Source: Camelus dromedarius (lineage: Eukaryota). From it: 64,000 bases of DNA. Positions 50,380 to 63,223 of the stretch are shown piece after piece. The position numbers and the translations under genes are program-made. Under the pieces are notes generated by a model, which was given only the letters and a program-made list of their open reading frames with translations, ran no database searches and was not told where the DNA came from. The first letter of the stretch is position 1; each line of letters begins with the position of its first letter. Location: contig NC_087462.1 in assembly GCF_036321535.1 (NCBI RefSeq), forward strand, positions 15,562,001-15,626,000, read 5' to 3'.

Positions 50380-52320
50380 AGACCCCCCTGAGCAGCACAG
50401 ATCTTTTTGGGGTGCAAGACAGTGACTGACTAAAAGCTAAGTGGGGCCCAAGAGCAAAGAGTAAACTTCTTAGGACCTTCAGGTTCTTGCTGAATGTGAT
50501 CCAATCGCTTCAAAGACTGGGGATGAGACAAGAGAACTGACTGAGTGCAACCCCACTGAGGCACTCGAGGCCTTCGTCAGAGTACTCTGGAGATTATTCA
50601 AAGATTGGAGAAGGGAGAAGTGTAAAGAGAGGTTTCCCCAGGCACAGAAGTCTGGGTGTACTGGAGAGAAGAACAGTTCTAACTCCCCAGGGATCCTCAA
50701 AACATTTGAAACCAGTAGTGCCCTGAATCTATTTAAAGCTGTAACCAAACCTAGACCCAGTCCCACTGATGTTAAGTCCCCCTTAACCTTCCTCCTCCCC
50801 AGCACTGCTGCCTGGCAGAAGAAGAGACATGCTATGTTCTAGGGGTAAATACGATTTACTTTATCTCTGCTGTCTGCATATACACAACATATAGCTTACA
50901 AGTCAAAAAGTATGAAATGTGCAGAGAAGAAAGAAAACATTGACTGATTATCAAAAGAGGAAACACTCAATAGAAGCAGATCTAGGAAGAGCACAGATGG
51001 GGGAATTATCCAGCAAAGATTTTACAATGAGGATGATAAATATGTTAAAGGATGTAGTGAGAAAAGCTGACAACATGTATTAGCAAATGGAGAATTTCGG
51101 CAGAAAGATGAAAACTGTCAGGAAGAACAATATGGACATTCTACAAAATGAGAAAGACTACGGGAAAGAGAATGTTTCGATAGCAGATGGTGCCCAGAAT
51201 AGAGATGATTCAGTGAACTCAGAGATCAATGTAAATCATTCAGACTGAAAACACAGAGAGGCATTATATTAGTTTTCTAGGACTATCATAACAAAGTTCC
51301 ACAGACTGTGTGGCTTAAACAACAGAAATTTATTTTCACAGGGTTCTGGAGGCTAGAAGCCCTTGTCGGCACAATTGGTTTCTTTCCCATCTCTCTACTT
51401 GGCTTGCCATGGTCGTCTTCTCCCTGTGTCTTCACATGATCTTCCTTCTCTGCATGTCTATGTGCAGATTTCCTCTTCTTCCAAGAATACTGGGTCATTG
51501 GATTAGGACCTACCCTAACGACTTCATTTTAATTTAATTGTCTCTTTAAAACCCTATCTACAGATTTAGTTCCATTCTGAGGTACTGTGTTGGGACTTCA
51601 CCGTATGAATTTTTGCAGGAACACAATTTACTCATAACAAGCACATCAGAAGAGTACCAAATGGTCTAATATACATATAACTACAATCTTAGTAGGAGTG
51701 GAGACAGCTAGTGGTGCTGAAAAATATCGAAAGAGATTACAGGGGACAATTTTCCACAGTTGATGAAAGACATCAACATGAAAACCCAAGTTCACAGCAT
51801 CCCCAAGTTAGATAAACACCCCCATACACATTGTAGTCAAACTATTGAAAACCAAATATAAAAAGAAAATCTTGAAAGCATCCATAAGGTGAGGAGAGAT
51901 GCATTGCATAAAGGGGAACATTTATAAGAGCATGAAATGCTGGCTAAATTCTCATCATAGCGGAAGACCGGGGACAATGAAGCAGTATCTTTTAAGGGGC
52001 AAGATGTGTATGCAGAGGATGGCGAGTGTCAACTGGGCATCCCATATTCAGCAAAATTATCTTTCAGAAAGGAAGGTGAAATCAAATATTTTTAGACATC
52101 AAAAGATGAGGCAGTTTGTCTTTACAAACCTGTACTATGAGAAATACTAAAATAAATTATTCAGGCTGAAGTGAAACAATAGCACTTGGAGCCCCAGATC
52201 TGCAGAAATGAATGAAGATCATCAGAAATAGTAAGTATGTGGGTAGGTCTAGAAGATGACTATTAAAAGCAAAAATGATAGCAGTACTTTGTGGGGCTTA
52301 TAACACACATAGAAACAAGC
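50380..52320 (+). mobile_element. Old L1M 5' UTR and ORF1 remnant, interrupted by MLT1
   Basis: gataaatatgttaaagg, ggagaatttcggcaga, aactattgaaaaccaaatataaaaagaaaatcttgaaagca, ccatattcagcaaaattatc. Confidence 0.75.
51265..51639 (-). mobile_element. MLT1A/B-like MaLR LTR
   Basis: tattagttttctaggactatcataacaaag..ccacagactg.gtggcttaaacaacagaaatttatt...cattggattaggacctaccctaa...cataaca. Confidence 0.88.
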
Positions 52321-52870
52321 AAAAAAAAAAAAAAAAAAAAAGAAGGAGGGAGTTTTCTAACATTAAGGTGGTTAATGTCTTAAACACCTAACCATCATAT
52401 TTTGTATGAGGACATTTTTATTCCAAACTCTGAAGTGCTACTGAGCACATATCAAGAGGGAATTTCTTCTTGCACAATAATAAGACAAAAAAAGGTATTC
52501 ATCTTTCACTTCTTTATTGTATTTCCTTTTTTTGAAATGTCTCTTTCTTTTTAAGCTCTCTAATATATAACCATATATATTATATATTAGAGTATTATGT
52601 ATATTATATATTATGTATATGTGGTGAGTTTACATGTATATGTATTTTATGAGTTGACACCAACCAATACTGTACCAAATTCTCTGGTCAGTAGGAATTT
52701 GGAAAAAAAAAAAAGAAATAAACTATGGAAGCTATCTCAACGCCAGCTAGAGAGCAGAATTTGAGCACACACAATTCGCTATGGAAATCTTCAGTGGAAG
52801 CGCTAAATTTCTTTGGATCAATTATCTCTCCCCAAGCCACAGGCTTTGCCTCGCCGTGGCACAACAGAGG

Positions 52871-53082
52871 NNNNNNNNNNNNNNNNNNNNNNNNNNNNNN
52901 NNNNNNNNNNNNNNNNNNNNNNNNNNNNNNNNNNNNNNNNNNNNNNNNNNNNNNNNNNNNNNNNNNNNNNNNNNNNNNNNNNNNNNNNNNNNNNNNNNNN
53001 NNNNNNNNNNNNNNNNNNNNNNNNNNNNNNNNNNNNNNNNNNNNNNNNNNNNNNNNNNNNNNNNNNNNNNNNNNNNNNNNNN
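52871..53082. other. N block (212 nt) in CpG-retaining unique sequence
   Basis: Run of N; about 8 CpGs in about 160 visible flanking bases. Confidence 0.95.
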
Positions 53083-55539
53083 TGTCACTCCTTCTAGGAG
53101 AGCGTCGAGGCCGCTGGAAGTGTATGAAACTTTCCTTTTAAAAGAACTCCAAGTGAATACTTAGTGGCAACAGAAGGTGCTGGGTTGAGAAATGAAAGCA
53201 ACAGGGTCCTGTGGAAAAAAACACAGAACACTAGCACCTCAGCTGGCTGGGTGCTGATAATGGTGATATCACTGTATAATGCAGCATCAATTTCCTGATC
53301 CTCATTTCAAAATTGGAGGTTAAAATGATGACCTGGCTCAGGGGTCAAATGCTGAAAGACTTGATGGGTTAAGCGCTATGAATTAGAGATGATGACTGGC
53401 GCTGGTACCCAGGAGACTTGGCTGTCTCCTCTCTTTTATGATCCTTCTCTGTGCCCACAGGTATTTTACATCTCTGAGCTTCCATTCCCTTGTCACAAAA
53501 TGAGGCGTTGGAATTGAAGGACTGAGATTCTTTTCAAGGCTGAAATTTTATGAGTGAATGTCCTGAATTTTCTACATTGAGCGTTACTGTTACATGGGGG
53601 GTTTTGTGTCAGGCAAGAAATGGCTTGTAGTCAAACTTAACCTTGAAAATTCCATGTTGGAGACTAATTTGACATCTATCATTTTTATATAATTTCAGCA
53701 CAGCTTCCACATTAGATGTTTTTGGGGAAAGTCTATGGCTTGTGTTTAAGATCTTTATGTGAAAAATACTAGTCCTTATATATGTAGTCCAGAACTGTCA
53801 GTTTTTTCATTGTCTACTGTGCAGCTTTGGACGACACAAAGGAGATTCAGGTGTTTATTTAAATTAAAATTCAGTACACTAAAAACAAATTCATAAACCT
53901 GGTTCTTAAGCTATTCGATTCAGCGTACGAAAGTTACTATTCTATTTATAAGTATAACAAATTTTAGCAATTACCTTTAAGGATGCTTTTGATTACTGTT
54001 GGAACCCATTTACAAGTTAAGTTAGTTAAACAACTTCAAACTTTTAAAGTGCATGTGTAAATTTAATATACTTGATTTCCTTTTAATTACTTCAGTTGTT
54101 TGATGAGTCTTAACAAGAAGCTAAATAACACAAGTATTTTATAAATAAAACTTATAATGATTTTTAAGTTCCCTGGTATGTTCCAACTCTGCATATAAGA
54201 ACAGTAGGATTTCAACCTAAAACATGTTTAAATTAATTGCTCAATTTCAAATTCTACATTGGAATTGCAAGACTGTCCAGTTACTTTATAAGGTAAAAAT
54301 CTTGTATATATTGTAAGTACATGAAAAAATCAAATAGACATAGTTTCCTTAATACAAAAATATTAACGTTATAGTTTTAGTCTCTTAAGTACTTCTTCTA
54401 TATTTCATTGTAAATATTACCCAGGTTTAAAAATATTACCCACTAAAAAGATAATTATGTCACCGTAGGCAGTTTAGGGGACGTCTTCATAGCCAGTTGA
54501 AATCAAATAATGAAAAAGATATTAAGTAATGGAGATACCTAAGGTAATTTCTAAGACGTCCAGGGTAATTTCCTTTGACCTCAATTGCCAGACTGAGTCC
54601 ATTCCTACATTCACTATAGCTTCAACTTTACAACTTAGAAAAGAAGATGGTCAGAGACTCGTCTCCCTTCAGTTTGAGACATATTACTACCTAATTAACC
54701 TAATCATCTCATAGAAATCTGCTATTCCACTCAGATGACCATACTACCTGATTGAATTTGCACCTTTATGCCTCTTAAGATTTTGAAATATGTTCCTTTA
54801 TGGCTCCAAAAATACATTTGGAATGATGGAATGTTGCACAGAAATATTCTTCCTGTCTGGTGGGACTACATAACTTTTAAAGCTATTACAAAAACTTCCG
54901 ACTGATTCTGTGGTTGCACATCTTTATAATCTTACCGAAGACAGGGAAGGCATTCTCACCATGAAAGTCTTATAGAAACTAAGATTGACCAAAGAAACAT
55001 CCAATTCTTATAATACTTTCTCTGGGTACTGGGATACACATTCATTGAAGAGAATGAGAACAAAATTACCTGCTTTATTTATTCATTTTTATTTTCTCTT
55101 TTTTGTCTCCTCCTCCCTTATTCACATAAAGTTGAATTTTCATTAAAAAAAAAAAAAAAGCACCGTGACGCAATCCCTCTGTATTAGAGACAGTGCTGTA
55201 GTTCCCAAATGTTGCTCTAGGGATGATGTAGGCTTTTAGTAAAAGACGTTTCCCTGGGATATTTCCCTAGAGATTCAGCTTTATGAGATCTCAGTTCTAC
55301 CAGAGATTCTGTACACTTTTAAACAATATTTAAGAGCAATTAAGAAATAAATTTAGTATCTCTAGCCTATTGGGCCAGCAGCCAGGAATTCTTAATACTC
55401 ATGTTTGCCAAGTATCTAGATATATGACCTTGAGCAACTCGCTCAGTCTCTCCAGGTATAACGTCTTCATATTACACATGAGGAAACTGAGCAGAAGGTC
55501 CCATGATGGTCCGAGCCTGTTACCTTCTCCCAGTGTCTG

Positions 55540-56148
55540 AGCAACAAGATGATTGTAAGCAGGTATATCAGGAGTATATTTCAAGCAGAGGGAAATTAAA
55601 AGCAAGGGATTAAATGCAAAGGTATAGAATGAGCAGCAAGAGTAAAGGACTAAGTCAAAAGGTTTAAAGGGAGCAAAGAGGTGAGGAAGGTTGTTAAAGC
55701 AGAGCTAGGAAGCTGCAGGGCCAAAGATAACACACTCCATCCAGGAGTCAGAGAGTCAAAGTTAGGGGCTCTAGAAGTTACTCTAGATGTCTGTTCCAAC
55801 GGGAATTCAAGAACTGGGTAAACGATAGCAGGGTGGTCTCTGGCCTCCCTATGCTAACTGCAAGATGGAAACGTGCCAGATTCCATTGATCGTCTCACCT
55901 CCCATCTTACCAACGACCACAGCATTCGGGTCCCCAGGGACAGCATCAACCTAGAGCCTGTATCTGGTAACTCGCCAAAGATCTCGGTTTCATTTTCTTG
56001 GGTGCACAGTTATCTGGCCAGACACAGCCCACTTTATGGAAGGTCTAGGGGAATATTTTCAGTAAATACAGCAGGGTCACTTGGAGTGTGTGTTTGAAGG
56101 GGGAGGTCCTTCTGCAAAAACCCAGACTCCCTTCATTCAAAGGGTTAC
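55540..56148 (-). mobile_element. Possible old ERVL-type LTR (LTR33/LTR78-like)
   Basis: caggagtatatttcaagcagagggaaattaaa..caaggga resembles the LTR78 end; segment ends ...gggttaca. Confidence 0.35.
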
Positions 56149-56296
56149 AGATCTGCTGACCTGTTCAGGTATAGGAATTGGTTAAGAGGCCATTATCTGT
56201 ATCATAGTGACCCAAGTCAAGTCTCTGTATACCAGACCTAGGTGTTTGACTGATTATACATAACAATCAATACAACAATCGGTTAACCATCTAATC

Positions 56297-56507
56297 TAGA
56301 GTCAGCAAATACTTTTTCTATAATGGGCTAGATAGTAATTATCTTAGGCATTGCAGGCCATATGCTTGCTGTTGCCACTGTGGTGTGAAAGCAGCCTTAG
56401 AAATATGTACATATATGTAAATGGGCAAGACAGATTTCCAGTAAAACTGTTTACAAAATGGCTAACATGCTGGATTTGGTCCACGGTCCATAGTTTTTCA
56501 ACCTCTA
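56297..56507 (-). mobile_element. MER58A (hAT-Charlie MITE)
   Basis: gtcagcaaa..ctttttcta.aatgggc.agatagtaa...gaaagcagcc...ggatttggtccacggtccatagttt; 8-bp TSD atctaatc/atctaatt. Confidence 0.9.
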
Positions 56508-57959
56508 ATCTAATTCCTTCCAAAGGATCTTTGACTTATTAGCCACTACCAAAAATCCCTTCTTAAAAATATATATATATATATATATAGTCTAACAGCC
56601 ACTCCAACCCTGGTATCCCTTTGACCCCTGCACTCTCCTTGCTATTTGACCTCTCCTACCTAATTATTCTCAAATCAGAAAGTTCCTTCAATGACATCAC
56701 TTCTCATAATAATCAACTGAAGAGGACAGACAATTAAATGCTTTTCAAAGATCACTGTAGTCCTGGCATACAGACTTTCTCAGTGCTGTGGTGGATGTGA
56801 AGAATTGTCTGGACTCTGTCAGGGGACATGAAAGGCAGTGGGTGAGGCAGTCAGTAGCATTTGATAAATATACGGCAGCATTCCTAAATCACTGGATTCC
56901 TCCTAAACATTATTTTAGGGAAGGCCTGTCATCACAACCTTATTAAATATCTATCACTATTGACTCAGTGTTTCAATCAACCAGCCAAGCAAACCGTTAC
57001 AGCCACGTCCACCTGATCAGTCTAACACACATGAATCCATTGTTGTGTCCTGTCCTTGGCTTGACAATCTCAGAATCCTTTCCTGTACATATTACCCCGG
57101 TTCTGCCAATATAAATTAGCTGAGGTTTACAATTCCTTCAGTGTATAAGCTATCTTCTTCTAGGCCGTGCTTTACTCTCATAATCCTGAACCTATTGGGA
57201 TATGACTTGGGGTTTGAGCATGGAGGCCATGATCAGGGTGTAGGTGGATCCTGAAAATAACTGGCACCATCTTGCAAAGTGACTGCCTCACTTGAGCTTA
57301 TCATAGGTTCCTAGAGCAGGGGAAGGCTTGCTTTCCTCCTCCTTGGGAAATAAGAACTGCCTCCTCAGAAAAGGAGGCTCAGAGGGACGTGGAATTTCAG
57401 AGTCAGATTAATCTGAATCCACTGACAGCTCCTCATTACAATTTTCAGAGTTCACCTCCTTGTTAACCAATGTCCTGACATGTATGTAAGACACAGGCTG
57501 AAGCTGTGAATTCAAGCTGTGTTCTTATTCTACAACTTACAGGATCAAATTCTGGGTCTGATTTTCAGTTCTCTGACTTTATAAGAGACTCTGTTAGGGC
57601 CATCACAGAACCTCTCTGTCCCTATTTTGAGCCGGGCATTTAAAGCCAGGAGATGGTCATTTCCTTTCTTTAAGCTCTGCAATATAGTCAGAAGCTACCT
57701 AACTGCCCCTCAGTCCTATAATCATGTCCACCAAGAAGTAGTCACCTGGAATTTTCAAGGTCAGCATTTATAGGCACATCATCCCAGGTGGTGACAGGAG
57801 ACAATTCCAGTTACTGCATTATGACTGCATGGCGTGAACTACTAGTTTCCCATTTTCTACTGACAGTAAAATCATGACTATATTTAGCCCCAATCAGATG
57901 ACATAACCAATTCTAGATTTTTTTTCATCTGTTTGTTTGTGAGAACATTCCTGGTATAA

Positions 57960-58556
57960 TGCTGCATCGATTAGCATCCAGTCAGGAGAACAGAAGTGAT
58001 TTTAGACATTTCAGGAAGAGAGAGGTTTAACACAAAGGATCGGAGATGCTGAGGAGCTAAAAAAGCAACAGAGTGAAAAAAAGGAGGGCTGGGGGGCAAA
58101 GGGGGAGGTCATTACTGCTCAGAATTCAAGGAGTTGCTCCACATCTGACTGCAGTTGCTGCTGAGGTGCTGGAGTTGCTGCTGATGGTGCTTTTGGAGTC
58201 CTACCATTGTTGCTAAGAGAGCCCACACTGCATGATGCTGCAGAACCTGTCACCTGTTGCTGCCTGTGGTCACGCTCCTTGGCTCTCTGCTTCCGCTCGT
58301 CTGCCAGAGGCACTGAAATAAGCAGCGAAAAAGAAAGAAGTAAACAAAACCTTCTCTTCTCTCTCTCTCTCTTTTTTTTTTTTTCCTCTAACCTTCTAAT
58401 CTTCAACTGGTATCTCCCATTGGCAAAACCTAGCAAGAAACCAGTTGGCAAGGGTATCTGAAAACAGAGTTTTTGGGCTTCCAGCCCCAGGGATCGAAAG
58501 GATAGTGTGAAAAGGTTAAGTGTGAAGCCAAAGGACAACAGACAATGCCTAGAATT
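57960..58556 (-). mobile_element. LTR78/LTR33-like ERVL LTR
   Basis: ttagcatccagtcaggagaacagaa...tctcccattggcaaaacctagc.agaaaccagttggcaaggg. Confidence 0.65.
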
Positions 58557-59657
58557 ACAAAGAATCTGCAGGAGTTGTACGGCTTATCTCTGGCTGCCTA
58601 AGATGCTGGAACAGCCTGTTCTATTGCACATGCATAACTATGGGCTCAGTTGTCTCAACATTTTTGCCTTTCACATAATATTACTAGTGATTTCTGTTTT
58701 ATATTTGGGAGCTAAACTTTTTGGTATTTCGTCTTTGTGGTAACTGAAGCAATGAATTCATTATACATACTCTAGTTGGCTCTGTGGAATTCATTTTCTT
58801 ATTGTAACCAATCACTACAAATCTTCAAATGACAGAGTCTTTCACCATTTCAATCCCCTGAGTCATTTATTAGGGCTGCAAATGAATAAATTGCTTGGGG
58901 CCCAATTCTGCTGGTGATATGTGAGAGCATTAAACTAGTGAATATAAATCCCTCACATATTGACTTTAAAAAAAAAAAAAAAGCAAAGAAAAGAAAAAAG
59001 AAAGAAATAGATCCTGTGTTCCTTTAGCTCTTTGCACTGTTCATCAAAGCTAATTAAAATGCAGTGGATTAAAAAAAAAAGTAGTGCCCAGTTGGTCTTT
59101 TGTCATGAAGAGTTTATAGCTGCCTATTCAAAAGACATCCATGCGTATGACCCAAAAATACAATTTTGCACCACACTGCTATTTTAACTTGACTCTGAAT
59201 TCATCACTTACCTACTGTGTGTGATGAAATTTCTATTTTTGAGAGGATTTTCCAAACTGCAGAGCATATTCTATGACCGCAGAAACCTGTAATTTGTGGA
59301 GGCAAAAATGTACAAAAGGAAGTAATTATACAAAGAAAATTTCAAAATAGGTGATATTTTATTACCAGCTGTAGGAAACTTAATGTGTTACCATCCTTCA
59401 ACTCCTGCTCCTCCATAAACTCTACTTCTATAGGGATGACTTCTTGAGGCCTTAAGATATTATTGAGCAAAAAGAAACCCATGTAGCGCCTAGAATCTTA
59501 GGACTTTTTACTGAATATATGTTGTGCTTCCCCTGACCCTACTCAAGAAGTAAACTTTTCCCCAAATTTATGTAAGCTTGACTCTTTCTCCAAAATTGTT
59601 ATATAGTCTCTGAAACTCACTTTCAACTCATGTTCTTGCAACGACCCAACAACCCAC

Positions 59658-60145
59658 TGTATTCGTTTGCTAGGGCTGCCATGACAAAATGCCAAAAAGG
59701 GGATTGCTCAAAATAGTGGAAATTTATTCTTTCACATTTTTGGAAGCTGAATGTTTGAAATCAGTGTGTCTGCAGGGATCTGTTCTCTTTGAAGTTTCCA
59801 GCAGAGAGTCCTTCTCTGCCTTTTCTAGTTTCTGGTCTTTGCTGGCCATCCTTGCTATTTCCTGGCTTACTGATACATCGCCAATCATGTGGACCATCTT
59901 CTCCCAAGTGTCTTTACTTTGCATTCTCCCCTTGTGCGAGAATGTCCAGATTTCCGTCTCTGTGTCCAAATTTCCCCTTGGTATAGGGTGCTAGTCCTAT
60001 TGGATTAGGCCCACCCTAATGAGCTCATTTTAACTTGATCACCACTGTAAAGAACATCTGTGGCCAAATAAGGCCACATTTTGAGGTAATGGAGGTTAGG
60101 GCTTCAACATATTATTTTGGGAGGGATACAGCCCAACACATAATA
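59658..60145 (-). mobile_element. MLT1C-like MaLR LTR
   Basis: tgtattcgtttgctagggctgccatgacaaaatgcc...tattggattaggcccaccctaatg.gctcatttta...ggttagggcttcaacata. Confidence 0.88.
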
Positions 60146-62099
60146 TCCATCTTCCAAAGTAAATATTCAGAGCCATAATTTTCTCATGGTCTTTGGCATA
60201 TTTGATTTACTGTACCACCAGTTAGGCTGAAAACATTCTAGATTCCTCTAGGTGCTACTTTTTTTTGGCATTTGCTATGTCACTGAAACTCAAGGCATCC
60301 TTGCCCCTGAACCAGGTTGCATTAAAAATATTAAATTACATAAAGCATACCTAACAAGTAAGAGAGGAAAATATAACACAATTATATGTACTTTACATGT
60401 ATCTTAATCATAAAATAGTCCATAAAAACTCTAAAAGCCAAATGGCTTGAATGTTTTTTGAGATACTGTCATCATAAAATGATGCACATGAAAAACTAGA
60501 GCTGTTACAGAGAAGGCATCTGATCATGGAGGACTGTGGCAGGAACATAAAGAGGAGAATCCAGGCAGATTTTATAATTTTCTTTCTATAAGCTGGATGC
60601 TCCAAAAGGTTACCCAAATTCTGATCATTCCCTCTGTAAGTACCCTTATCCACCAAGTGAGTGGTATTGATATTAAACAGAGGGAAAGTCAAAAGATAAG
60701 GGAGTGATTCCTGTTTCCCATCTAGTCTACCTGTTCCAGCTGCGTCAGTTACTAGCATCCAACTGCAACTTACAGAAGTGTCTTTGAGAAGCAGCACCAC
60801 CAGCTTCTAGTTTACAGTCCTCTCCATGGAACAGTGACAACAAGTAGGAAAGGTGAAGTAAAACAAGTCTATAGATATGAATGAAATCAGTTCAGTGAAA
60901 AAATAAAAAACTGGATTTGTTATCAGAGCAATTTTATTTCTTAATCCTCATGCTCTCTGTACATCTGCTTCTTAATGAGTTTACTTCTTCCCCTGCTCTC
61001 TGAAAACTTAAGCAGGCATCATAACTTTTCTGCTCATTCTGGGTTAATAAATACATAAATTTATACATGAAAAACTTTGGGGTACTTCAGGGTCATTAAA
61101 TTGCAAATGCAGAGTTTTTATTCGGAAATAAGAATGTGTATCCTACAATAACAAAATCACTACACCTGATTAAAGTTCAATCTTCTCTCTCCTCCTCTAG
61201 GTTGTGTCTTTTTTGGCTGGAAAATGCCTTTAGTAAGGGGTGTTGGCAGAGAGGAGAGGGGGAAGGAGAGAAGATAACAGACAAGAAGATTCTCACTTTC
61301 TTGATAAATTTGGGAGGTGGTTTCACATTCCCTGGTTCTGGCAGGAACTTAAAAGCGTCTTTTTCTCTTATGAGGTGCCTTTGTGAACTTTTCATAGAAA
61401 CCCTCCTCTCCCCCACCACTGTCCTCTGTCTCCACCCTATCTCTTGATCCTGACAACGTCCTCTTATCCACTCTGTCTTTTATAGATTCTTCTTACAGCT
61501 TCCATCAACTAAGCAACACTTTCCTCTCTAGATGGTCCCCTGGACAAGACATAAAAACATGCCTGAGGATTCTCTCTCACACATGTGAATCATCTGTAGG
61601 ACAAACCACACAGCTTTCACAGACTGAGAAGGCTGTACCACGCCATTACCTCTTCCTGATGCATCATTTGGCAGCAGCCATCCCATTTCCCGACTTTTAA
61701 ATTTCTCAGGTGCGAGTCCGACCCCAGCCCTCACAGAGCCTAAGCAAAGAGGGTGCATATCAGGTTTCCTGACATTATCTCCTTGAAGTAGCTCCCAATC
61801 AAGCTTGAAGTGAGAGTCATTGCACCCAGTCCCTCTCGTTGTTATAAACGGACTCACAACAAACAATAACTCAAGTCACAAAAGCTCTCTTTTCCAGGCA
61901 CTGTTAGATCCTTTACACAGATAAGGGTGTTTAGGCTGGCCTCATAGATTCACACCAATTTGCTTAGAAAAATATGCATCTTTATTTAGCATCTCATTTG
62001 GGAATTTGCAATTGATTTTCTTCACTTTGTGGCTGAAACTTCCATCTTAATATCCTGTTGTAGATTCTGTGCTCTAGAGACTATCCCTAGATAGATGGG

Positions 62100-62720
62100 G
62101 GAAGGAGCACACAACATCAGTCGCCAAGCAGTTCTGGAGCGCGTAGTCTCCGTATTTCCATTTTATTTACCGTCTTGACTGAGAACTTAAAAAGTCCTCC
62201 CAGGCTCTCCTCTGTCCCGCCCACAAGGGGAAGGTCTCAAGAGCGCATGTCTCTCCCAGCAGGCCGCCAGGGCAAAGGCGAGGATGGGGCTGTGGGTCTC
62301 CATCCCGGACAACGCCCAGCCAGCCCCCCAAAAGTGGGTCATATCTCATGCCTTTGTCTCTGGCTGACGCTCCAAGACAAGCAAACGAATCTCCCAGAGT
62401 CGGGGAGCCCTTGGGTTGGGCCGCTTCTGGGCTGGGCCCTGACGCAGGTGAGTCTGTGCTCGTGAGCTCTTTACTGGGACGGTCTCGTGGATGCGAGTCC
62501 TGTTGGTTTTCAAAGCTAGGTGTTTGAGGGGCTCGTCTTTGAGGTGAAAGTTTTAAAAGTCACAGGAGCTCCCTGTGGGGTTCAACCCCTTCGCACCTCA
62601 GGGAGAAGTGCCAGGTTTTGACCGTGAGTTACTGCCAGGGCTGGGGTTTACGGCGAGGTTGCGTCCCAGCCTCTGCTACCAGGTTCCACCTGGGCTTTCT
62701 CTCCTCCTCCCACGTGTAGG
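62100..62720 (+). promoter_or_regulatory. CpG-rich promoter or first-exon-like region (borderline CpG island)
   Basis: About 26 CpGs in 600 bp by hand count, against roughly 1 per 100 bp elsewhere; GC box 62216-62222; TGACG half-CREs at 62365 and 62440; CACGTG at 62711; donor CAG|gtgagt at 62447/62448. Confidence 0.55.
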
Positions 62721-63223
62721 AGTCATTCAGCTGTTTTTTTAAGGTTTCCTTCAGAGGACGTTGTTCTGTATGTAGCTGTAGCTTCACTGTGTTAATGGGA
62801 GGCGGTGAGTTTTGGATGCTTTGACATTGCCATCTCGAACCAGAACTTACTGCGATTTATTTGAATGTGGACATGCGCCTTCTATCAGCAGCAGAACGGA
62901 GGAGGAGTCCTTTCAGCAGAGACAGGGAGGTTCTCTTGTTTCTTAGTTGAAACTTCTACCACTCTGTTCTTGGCTGAGTCTATTCTTGTGACCACGAGAA
63001 TTTAATTTCTTTACAGGTTTCCTCTTCACACAATTCCTGTGTCTTAATACGCCTTTGACCTGAAAGGCAGTGGGTATCAGGAGAGGGCGGTGAGCGTGAT
63101 TGTTCCCAGGTGTACGCAATAAAGGGGAGTTTTTTTCTGTATGGAATTTAAAGCCAGTTTTAAGACCAAATAAAAGTCAATTTGTTTTTATTATTGCCAT
63201 GTGCCAACAATTCTAAACAATGC

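Noticed and set aside
53245-53268. REST/NRSE site
   Set aside because: GGTGCTGA half is present, but the CTGTCC half and spacing do not fit
58119-58538. 139-aa ORF with Q/A-rich end
   Set aside because: Lies within an ERVL-type LTR; the low-complexity CTG/GA tracts explain it
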